Shown here one piece after another: positions 52,601-59,917 of a stretch of 64,000 nt of DNA. How positions within the stretch are numbered: position 1 is the first letter of the stretch; every line of letters starts with the position of its first letter. The notes below the pieces were generated by a model. That model was not told where the DNA came from and searched no databases. It saw only the letters and a program-made list of their open reading frames with translations. The stretch comes from Octopus vulgaris (lineage: Eukaryota), in the NCBI GenBank assembly GCA_951406725.2, contig OX597837.1:13764001-13828000 (forward strand), in the 5' to 3' direction. A program made the position numbers and the translations under genes.

Positions 52601-55424
52601 TATTATGCAGCAAGAAGGAGAAATATTGGAGAAAAAGGATCTTTTCGGTTTGAACGGCAGTTTTTTTAAAACAATTTCCACATAACTAAACACTTTTAAA
52701 CTTCGTATATTGGTAGAATGTGTTTATAAAACATCTTTTTCTCTTGGCTTTATTGAGAAAATTCTATAGTTTGTAAGATATTTGTTGTTTTTTTCTCTTC
52801 AATTTCTGCAATTTCAATCAATTAATGATGTCTATTGAGGTGAAAACATTCTGTGCCATATGAATATGTCCCTCGTTTAAGAAACAGATTGGGTTTATTT
52901 ACATTTGTGAAGAAAAAAAGATACCCTCTTCACCCCTAACCCTAAAATAGATTGAAATGCAATAGATCGATACTAGGATCATAATTATGGGTGACAATTT
53001 CATATGACACCGCTAGAAAAAACTGCCGTTCAAACCGAAAAGATCCGAGAAAAATAGCAATGTTTTAGTTCAGCTGAAAGAAAACTTTGGCTGAGCCAAC
53101 CAACAATTAACCCTCACAGACCTGGGCCCCTGTATCTAACTTTACCTGGCGCCAGAGCTACAGAGCCAAAAGATAAATAGTCGCACACCAAGTTCAAGAG
53201 TAATAACTGCAGGAAAACTAATGGACAGAATCACAAAGAGACATTCAACAGAATAACAATAATAGGCCTGTGTGTGGTTGTAGGGGGTAACTGAAAAATA
53301 GTAACATTGAGGAGTGGGGGGGGCGGATGAGGGATAGTAATGTTCAGATTAAGGAGAAATAATTGTGCACAGTGAGGGGCGGGTGCGTGTGTGTGTGTGT
53401 GGGGGGGGGGGTGACAGGAATGAATAATCTCAGTGTATTGAGGGATTTTTGCATATGTCATTGAAAATAAAAATAACCCTCTCTGCTATGGCCACAAGCC
53501 CTGAAGTTTTTTGTGGGGGGGACCAGTTGATTACATCGACCCCCAGTGTTTCACAGGTACTTAATTTATCGACCCCGAAAAGATGAAAAGCAAAGTCGAC
53601 CTTGGTGGAATTTGAACTCAGAATGTGAAGACGGACAAAATGCTGCCCAGTGTGCTAACGATTCTGCCAGCTTGACGCCTTAATGAAAACGAAAAAAAAA
53701 AAAAAAAAAAAATTATCAGGAAAAAAAAGAAAAAAAGGGGCCAAACCTCATTAAGACATTCAAGATCCAGCCATGTCTGTGAATTGTTAATGTCTTTCAA
53801 GTAAACTTTAGGACAAGAGTAAATGTCATCTAAAAAGGAAATAAATGAGAGAGAGAGAAAGAGTTAGTCCAACATATTAACGAGAAGTGGGAGTCGAAAA
53901 ACATGGCAGTTCTTGCTTTGATTCCCATCCAGAATCTTTTATCAATTATGCCAGCATTTATTTTTCAATCTTACAAAATGTCTTTTAGTCTCACAAAAAA
54001 AAAAATCTCATATTCTTGAATTCTTTGCTCTTTGGATGATTCTGAGAAACAATGGGGAAATTTTATATAGATATGAAATAATAATGATAGTATAGGATAG
54101 GAGTACTCCGTCGGTTACGACGACGAGGGTCCCAGCTGATACGATCAATGGAACAGCTTGCTCGTGGAATTAACGTGTAAGTGACTGAGCAATCCACAGA
54201 CACGTGTACCCCTAACGTAGTTCTCAGGGAGATTCAGCGTGACACAGAATGTGACAAGGCTGGCCCTTTGAAATACAGGTACAACTCATTTTTGCCAGCT
54301 GAGTGGACTGGAGCAACGTGAAATAAAGTGTCTTGCTCAAGGACACAACGCATCGCCGGGAATCAAACTCTCGACCTTACAATCGTCAGTCGAATGCCCT
54401 AACCACTAAGCCACGCCCCTTCACAATAATGATAGTGATACTTCACACACACACACACATCATGTGACTGACCAAACTTTCAGATGATGTTACACATCGC
54501 TGGTCACAGTGTGCTTTGCATCATTTCAGCTTTTGAGAGTGACACCAACCCACTGACTTGGCAAGCAGCACAACATTCCGCTCTGACTGAAAGTGGGGCT
54601 GGAGCAACGCGAAATGAAGTGTTTTGCACAAGAACACAACATGCTGCCTGGTCTGGGAATCAAACTCATAACCTAGTGATCGTGGGCATAACACTCTAAC
54701 CACTAGGCTGTGCACCTGCACATACATATCATCATCATCATCGTTTAACGTCCGTTTTCCATGCTAGCATGGGTTGGACGATTTGACCGGGGTCTGGGAA
54801 GTCAGAAGGCCGCACCAGGCTCCAGTCTGGTCTGGCAGTGTTTCTACAGCTGGATGCCCTTCCTAACGCCAACCACTCCGTGAGTGTAGTGGGTGCTTTT
54901 TACGTGCCACTGGCACAGGTGTCAGGGGAGGCTGGCAGCAGCCACGAACGGTTGGTGCTTTTTATGCGCCACTGGCACGGAAGCCAGTCAAGGCGGCACT
55001 GGCATCGGCCACATACGGATGGTGCTTTTTAGGTGCCACTGGCACAAGTGCCAGGGTAGGGGGGAAGTCACACACATAAACACACATATGCTAAAAAATT
55101 TCAGTTACATTTGATTATTTGCCGTCCCAACACAGAGTTGGGATGACAAAATGATTTTTACAGAAAGCTTACTGAGTACAAAACAAAACAAAAAGAAACC
55201 ATAGCAACCAGAGATGAATGCAATTTACCTGGATCCAAGGTAACAAGAAATATTTCTCCTATAATACAACTGGCTTTAAATCTCTCAGACAAACCGTCAT
55301 CTGTTTTGGCCGTATCAGCAACTTTGTCTTCATTTGCAGCCAATTTCTTGGTGCACTCTTGTGGATGAGAACCCGAAGGAAGAAGGGCTGCAAACGGGTT
55401 GCTGGAAATATCTTCGCCACTCAT
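31407..55424 (-). CDS. UBE4A: Ubiquitin conjugation factor E4 A (Ufd2-family U-box E3/E4 ligase), spliced CDS of 17 exons, 1041 aa
   Basis: complement(join(31407-31530,32619-32776,33562-33813,34561-34812,36110-36223,36754-36946,37408-37571,39447-39703,40723-40983,42569-42784,43530-43647,46188-46385,47691-47902,50585-50735,52369-52545,53747-53829,55229-55424)). All introns are GT-AG, phases are consistent, and the total is 3126 nt. Diagnostic motifs: [75 protein letters not shown], and the U-box [20 protein letters not shown]...[18 protein letters not shown]. The N-terminus matches UBE4A rather than UBE4B. Confidence 0.96.
32619..32776 (-). CDS. UBE4A: UBE4A coding exon 16, U-box N-terminal part (absent from the ORF track)
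   Basis: Manual translation gives [38 protein letters not shown]; caag acceptor, GTAAGT donor; phase 0 to 2. Confidence 0.95.
33562..33813 (-). CDS. UBE4A: UBE4A coding exon 15
   Basis: [12 protein letters not shown]...[17 protein letters not shown]...DGRSYS; tttag acceptor, GTAAGT donor. Confidence 0.94.
34561..34812 (-). CDS. UBE4A: UBE4A coding exon 14
   Basis: LARYHNIM...[13 protein letters not shown]; tgcag acceptor, GTAAGT donor. Confidence 0.94.
36110..36223 (-). CDS. UBE4A: UBE4A coding exon 13
   Basis: [23 protein letters not shown]; tgcag acceptor, GTGAGT donor. Confidence 0.94.
36224..36753. repeat. Degenerate GA/CT-rich tandem repeat filling a UBE4A intron
   Basis: Repeated units such as gacataaagagagagggagagagaaata...acacaaaaagaaagataaagacata. 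Confidence 0.8.
36754..36946 (-). CDS. UBE4A: UBE4A coding exon 12
   Basis: [25 protein letters not shown]; ccag acceptor, weak donor AAG|GTCTTC; phase 2 to 0. Confidence 0.92.
37408..37571 (-). CDS. UBE4A: UBE4A coding exon 11 (absent from the ORF track)
   Basis: Manual translation gives [36 protein letters not shown]; ttcag acceptor, GTAAGT donor; phase 0 to 2. Confidence 0.93.
39447..39703 (-). CDS. UBE4A: UBE4A coding exon 10
   Basis: [11 protein letters not shown]...ITFPL...IPEITLDNL; tgcag acceptor, GTAAGT donor. Confidence 0.93.
40723..40983 (-). CDS. UBE4A: UBE4A coding exon 9
   Basis: TCLI...[19 protein letters not shown]...LHRIQ; ctcag acceptor, GTAAGT donor. Confidence 0.93.
41350..41712 (-). 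mobile_element. Helentron-associated (DINE-1/HINE-like) non-autonomous element
   Basis: Minus strand begins attacttctgccttctctaaggcag (subterminal palindrome), has a gttt/gtcc microsatellite, and ends ccttggcggaggt plus a short gctctctgagtgc hairpin-like end; nested in a TTAA MITE. Confidence 0.5.
42569..42784 (-). CDS. UBE4A: UBE4A coding exon 8
   Basis: RAKLW...[21 protein letters not shown]...IDPTY; cacag acceptor, GTAAGA donor. Confidence 0.93.
43530..43647 (-). CDS. UBE4A: UBE4A coding exon 7
   Basis: [18 protein letters not shown]; ttcag acceptor, GTAGGT donor; phase 0 to 1. Confidence 0.92.
43690..44225 (-). mobile_element. Two tandem CR1-like LINE 3' fragments
   Basis: [21 protein letters not shown]...PEICQQYT and [24 protein letters not shown], with a shared 3' UTR containing caggtgcaccacaact. 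Confidence 0.6.
45640..46135 (+). mobile_element. RTE-clade LINE 3' fragment, decayed
   Basis: [12 protein letters not shown]...[12 protein letters not shown]...VIRMSRERI...[10 protein letters not shown]. The same family occurs at about 4940-5275(-), 38815-39370(+) and 62850-63100(-). Confidence 0.8.
46188..46385 (-). CDS. UBE4A: UBE4A coding exon 6
   Basis: [16 protein letters not shown]...FFNNPS...EANIWK (Ufd2 core); tgcag acceptor, GTAAGA donor. Confidence 0.92.
47691..47902 (-). CDS. UBE4A: UBE4A coding exon 5
   Basis: [10 protein letters not shown]...[18 protein letters not shown]; ctag acceptor, GTCAGT donor; phase 1 to 0. Confidence 0.88.
48448..48915. mobile_element. piggyBac-type MITE containing a nested RTE fragment
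   Basis: TTAA (48444-48447) CCCTTTTGTTAC ... GTAACGAAAGGG TTAA (48916-48919). Confidence 0.85.
48553..48797 (-). mobile_element. RTE (BovB-like) LINE 3' end with (ATAG)n tail, reading frame intact
   Basis: [38 protein letters not shown]...[15 protein letters not shown]; tgtt on both sides is a possible short TSD. Confidence 0.88.
50585..50735 (-). CDS. UBE4A: UBE4A coding exon 4
   Basis: [28 protein letters not shown]...; tgcag acceptor, GTAAGC donor; phase 0 to 1. Confidence 0.88.
51655..52336 (-). mobile_element. SINE/non-autonomous retroposon family D with (GAT)n tail and an internal 67-bp tandem array
   Basis: Shared end ggcgttaggaagggcatccagc...ggacgttaaacgatgatgat. Copies at about 2480-2750, 3576-3770, 10235-10595, 22720-23010, 28970-29370, 30270-30572, 31895-32320, 34975-35355, 36996-37290, 39115-39255, 43050-43247, 47100-47605, 50255-50480 and 54728-55050. 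Confidence 0.85.
52369..52545 (-). CDS. UBE4A: UBE4A coding exon 3 ([11 protein letters not shown]...LVKYR)
   Basis: RLLLEDP and YLFGSFLRA motifs; aag acceptor, GTAAGC donor; phase 0 to 0. Confidence 0.9.
52637..53046. mobile_element. MITE with GG termini and 8-bp TSD (Merlin-like)
   Basis: 29-bp perfect TIR GGATCTTTTCGGTTTGAACGGCAGTTTTT; TSD GAGAAAAA at 52629-52636 and 53047-53054. Confidence 0.88.
53747..53829 (-). CDS. UBE4A: UBE4A coding exon 2 ([27 protein letters not shown])
   Basis: Acceptor ttttag, donor GTTTGG; resembles the UBE4A VYL...WLD segment; phase 1 to 0. Confidence 0.87.
55229..55424 (-). CDS. UBE4A: UBE4A coding exon 1 ([15 protein letters not shown]...IFLVTLDP)
   Basis: ATG at 55424; the exon begins at 55448 after ttcag; donor G|GTAAAT, phase 1. 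Confidence 0.92.
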
Positions 55425-56584
55425 CTTATATTTGGCATTATCCAGTTTCTGAAGATACAATTAGAAAAATCAAAAACATCAGTAATAAGAGACGACAGTA
55501 ACGATGATGATGATGAAGATGAGAATGATAAGAGACAGTTCATATGAGATAGATGTTGGCCAAAATATAATCAGCCACCAAATGTTTCATAGCATTTCGG
55601 TAACCGGCGGCTCCTCAGTCGTTCTGTCCCTGCGTCTGCGGACAATCTGTGGCAAACAGGATGTCTCTACATGCGGGATTGTTGGGGACCGCTTGTGAAA
55701 TCCACATATTCCCACGAAACTTCTTCCATGGTTCGAGATGCCTCGAGGATGGTAGAAGAAGCTGACTCAACCCGCCCAGGGTGAATGTCGCCACAAGTAC
55801 AAGTAAGTTATTTATTCACGGCAACCAACACTAGATCCTTGAATCTGCCATTTACAATCTGGGCCCAAAATTCAGCAAACAAATATGGCTGAATTTGTCA
55901 TGAACCCCTTCACATTCCTTTACATCAGGGGCTCTCAACACCGCCGGAAGTTGTTGTTGACAAACAACAGCAGTAATTTCATTCAGCTGAATACACGTCA
56001 TTGATTGGTTGAAATTACCGAAAAACGACAACTTTAACATGAAATAACTTTGAAAATACAAACTTTTCTCAACAAAGCTAAGAGTAAAAGATGTTTTATA
56101 TGACACATTCTATCAGTGTCCAAAGTTTGAAATTGTTTAGTTACAAAAAATTAAATTCTCGATCTGCTGTTCAAAGGGTAAAGATCCTAGTAATTAAAGG
56201 GGTCCTTAGATAAAAAAAAAAAAGAAAAGAAAATGGTTGAGAACCACCACTCTAAATGTACAGGGATTTACCAGTAAAGGTGTTCGGAGTTCCGGGTCTG
56301 ATTTGTGCATCTTCACAAACGTTATCCATTTAGGGTTGTTTTATACATTTTAGGTGTTGGACTTAAGAGTTCCGAATGAATTGTTTTCTGTTGACTGAGT
56401 ACTGAGGATTCTTGGCTATTCGTAACCTTTACTACTACTACTACTACTACTACTATTACTACTACTATCACCACCACTGAAAGACAATGGCATCTGTTGA
56501 TACATTTTGTATTTTTCGGTGAAGTGTTTGATCTTCAAGTAGCTGACCTGGGTGAGATGGTGGCGGTGGGGTTAAACAACAACA

Positions 56585-56619
<35 letters not shown>

Positions 56620-58266
56620 AACAACAATAGAGAAGCTGAAAGCAGTTCAATGTTACAAATATTGAACAAGCCATGACTGAACATTTCAGTTTTGATTTTG
56701 AAACTAGGATGTTAAGCACCGATTCACAAAGGGCCACTCAACAAGCAACGTCTGTTTCTTTTTTTCCCCCCTTCAAAACATCCGTATTCTGAGAGAGTGG
56801 GTGGTGGTGGTCTGTGTTGGAAACAATTAGATGAGTTCAAATGGCATAACAAAAGAACACAGTTTGAACAGATAGATAGATAGATAGATACACACACACA
56901 CATATATATATATAGAGAGAGATATATAAATGGATAGATAGATAGATAGACAAATAGATAGATAGATAGACAGACAGATAAATAGATAGATAAATAGATA
57001 GACAGACAAATAGATAGATAGACAGAGAGATAGATAGATAGACAGATAGATAGATAGATAAATAGATAGACAGACAGAGAGATAGATAGACAGACAGACA
57101 GATAGATAGATAGATAGATAAATAGATAGACAGACAGATAAATAGATAGATAGATAGAGAGAGAGAGAGATGTCGCATTGACTGCGAGTTAATAAATTTA
57201 CAAGTCACCGTAGTCGCCAGGCCTGCTAGAAATAGCAGTCGAATTGTCGTCAAGTAACATTACACTGTCTACAAAAATAGGAACGATACAAATAATACGC
57301 GGAAGTGTATATGTGAATATATATATATAAAACGAAATGGCCAAGTGTAGAAGGACTTTAAACACCCGAAGATCTGCTCCTTCGGAAATAAGAGGAAGCT
57401 TAGCAAACCCATTAATGTGTCTCGTTGGTTTAACCCTCAGAAAAGAGGTCATCGCAAGAAACGTTGTTCTTATTATTATTACTGCGATGAGCTGGCAAAA
57501 TATTTAGAGCGTCGGAAGAAATGTTTTGCAGTATTTTGCTTAATTTTTAAATCCAAATTATTACATTCTGAGTTGAAATTCCGCCAAGGTCGACTTCGTC
57601 TGTCATCCCTTTCGTGGGGTAGATTAGAAAAAAAAAAAGGTAGCAGCCGAGGACTGGGGTTAATGTAATCGACCTGTCCACCTTTCCTTTCAAAATGTTT
57701 GGCGTTGGCCTTGCGCCAACATTTGAAGCAGTCTCAGAGATCAGCTTTGCCTCTCGGAGTTGATAAAATAAGCGACAATCCTTCGATATTGGTCGCATAA
57801 ATAATTCCGCCGAGGTCCACTTTGCCTTTCATCCTTTCGAGGTCGATTAAATAAAGTACCAGTTTCGCACTGAGGTCGATGTAATCGACTTAATCCCTTC
57901 GTCTGTCCTTGTTTGTCTCCTCTCTGTTTAGCCCCTTCTGGGCAATAAAGACATATATTAGTCGCATAAACATCGAAGGATTGCCAAACAAGTACCAATA
58001 GGGCACTGGGGGTCGATGAAGTCGACAAGCCACCTCCTGGCCCCACCTCAAAGTCTGTGCCTAATTACTATTGCTGTTGTCACCTTTAAAAACAGGAACC
58101 AAGTTCTAGTAAAAGACAAACATAGGCAGTCATTTCTAGAATGGGTTTATCTTGTAATCAACCAACCATCAAAACACAAACAGCCCCGATCAATCCATCC
58201 GTGGCTTTCTATATGTAACCAGGAAAAAATGTTTTTAGAAGGAAGGACAGAGAATGGCATATTTAC

Positions 58267-58507
58267 CAGGACCTAGAAAATTCCCAAGGAAGATCAGTGG
58301 ATCTAAACCCGAGCAGTACAGCTGGTATTTTCAGACCCCCAGGGCTGTTCTTGTCGGGTTTTCGTTGGATCCTCTTTTGCCAAGAAACAGAATTTTCTGC
58401 TTCGACTTGGAACAGCAAATATTTAGATAAATAAATTCTGAGGATTTAAGCGTCCTGTTGCGGTCGTATTTGGTTTGGGTAATCGAGGATGTTGGACGGG
58501 TTTGGTC
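58267..58507 (-). other. UBE4A: Probable non-coding 5' UTR exon of UBE4A
   Basis: Long polypyrimidine tract plus AG at 58509-58508; donor CTG|GTAAAT at 58266; no ATG in the exon; unique sequence. An upstream donor GTG|GTAAGA at 58644 would define a 137-nt first intron. Confidence 0.6.
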
Positions 58508-58639
58508 CTTAAAAATCAAGCGAAAAGGAAAAACGGAAGGGGTAGAAAATGATAATAATTTGAAAGAAAAACGAATCTCACCAACAAAAATCTGGGAATT
58601 CTCCGACACAATAAATAATCTGAAAAACCACTTGTAGCT

Positions 58640-58750
58640 CTTACCACTTCCGGTGGCGTGCGCATGCATCGCAACCGGAAGTCAATTACATCGCTGTCGC
58701 GATTCGCTGCGGCCAAGCTGGAGCATCTCCCGAACGGGGTTTCAGAAAAA
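58640..58750. promoter_or_regulatory. CpG-rich promoter / first-exon region of UBE4A with ETS and NRF1-type motifs
   Basis: CACTTCCGG (58645-58653), TGCGCATGCA (58659-58668) and ACCGGAAGT (58674-58682), plus TCGCGA near 58698; local CpG enrichment upstream of a housekeeping gene. Confidence 0.7.
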
Positions 58751-58760
58751 ACGAATCGAC

Positions 58761-59002
58761 GGTACTAATTAAGAAGGGTACTACTAGCGAACGGTGGTCC
58801 CGGTGCGCGCACTCGCGTAGTCGCGCATCCGCGCTAGCTAGTAGTGACTAGTCGATCCTACAACGACTACCTAACAAAGTAAATAAAACACAAAATAAAC
58901 AATTTTTTAAAACAAAGTAAATAAAACACAACGTAAGGATCGACTAGTCATGACTAGCTTGCGCGAGTGCGCGCACCGGGACCACTCTTCTTAAGTAGTA
59001 CC
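58761..59002. mobile_element. Palindromic MITE with 9-bp TSD (Merlin- or Mutator-type)
   Basis: TSD CGAATCGAC at 58752-58760 and 59003-59011. TIR GGTACTA(A/C)TTAAGAAG continues into GTGGTCCCGGTGCGCGCACTCGCG...GACTAGTCGATCCT on both arms. Confidence 0.88.
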
Positions 59003-59084
59003 CGAATCGACCTCAGTAAATATCTGTGGTTAGGCGGAATGGCGAAGTTTCGCATGTCGTAGCACAGATTTCCGTCGATTTCCG

Positions 59085-59917
59085 TAAAAAACTTTTATTT
59101 TTTTTACATAAGTAATGAGAGCGAAAGAGACTAAGAGGAAGCGATTTTATGACGAGAAGGTTTCTCTTTGAAATCGGCCTGTGTGTGTTTGATGGGGTGT
59201 GGGAGACTGACAGTATGTTGTGTAAGTGAAGTGCTTCTGTTAGTGTGTGTGAAGAGACAGAGAGAGTAATGTGTGAAAGAGAGAGATAACTGATTTTGTA
59301 TATGTATGTATGCATGTATGTGTGTGTGTGTGTATGTATCTATGTATGTGTGTGTGTGTAAGTATGTGTGTGTGTATGTATGTATGTATGGCCGATTCAT
59401 CGTAATTTTTTACTCGGTGTATGTGTATATGTATGTCTGCATGTATGTGTGTGTGTGTATGTTATGTATCTATGTATGTGTGTATGTGTATGTATGTATG
59501 TGTGTATGTATGGTCGATTCAGTGTAATTTTTTACTCGGTGTATGTGTATATGTATGTCTGCATGTATGTGTGTGTGTGTATGTATCTATGTGTGTGTGT
59601 GTGTGTGTAAGTATGTGTGTGTGTATGTATGTATATATGTATGTGTGTGTGTGTATGTATCTATGTATGTGTGTGTGTGTATGTATGTATGTATGGCCGA
59701 TTCATAGTAATTTTTTACTCGGTGTATGTGTATATGTATGTCTGTCTCTTCACACACACCTAACAGAAGCACTTCACTTACACAAACATACTGTCAGTCT
59801 CCCACACCCCATCAAACACACACAGGCCGACTTCAAAGTGAAACCTTCTCGTCGTAAAATCGCTTCCTCTTAGTCTCTTTCGCTCTCATTACTTATGTAA
59901 AAAAATAAAAGTTTTTC
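59085..59917. mobile_element. Foldback element with about 190-bp inverted arms and an internal microsatellite-rich tandem repeat
   Basis: 59085-59275 is nearly the reverse complement of 59735-59917. The internal unit (g)ccgattca..gtaattttttactcggtgtatg occurs three times; no TSD was recognised. Confidence 0.82.

Noticed and set aside
52933-52946. CCCTAA repeat as an interstitial telomere
   Set aside because: Only two units, and internal to a MITE.
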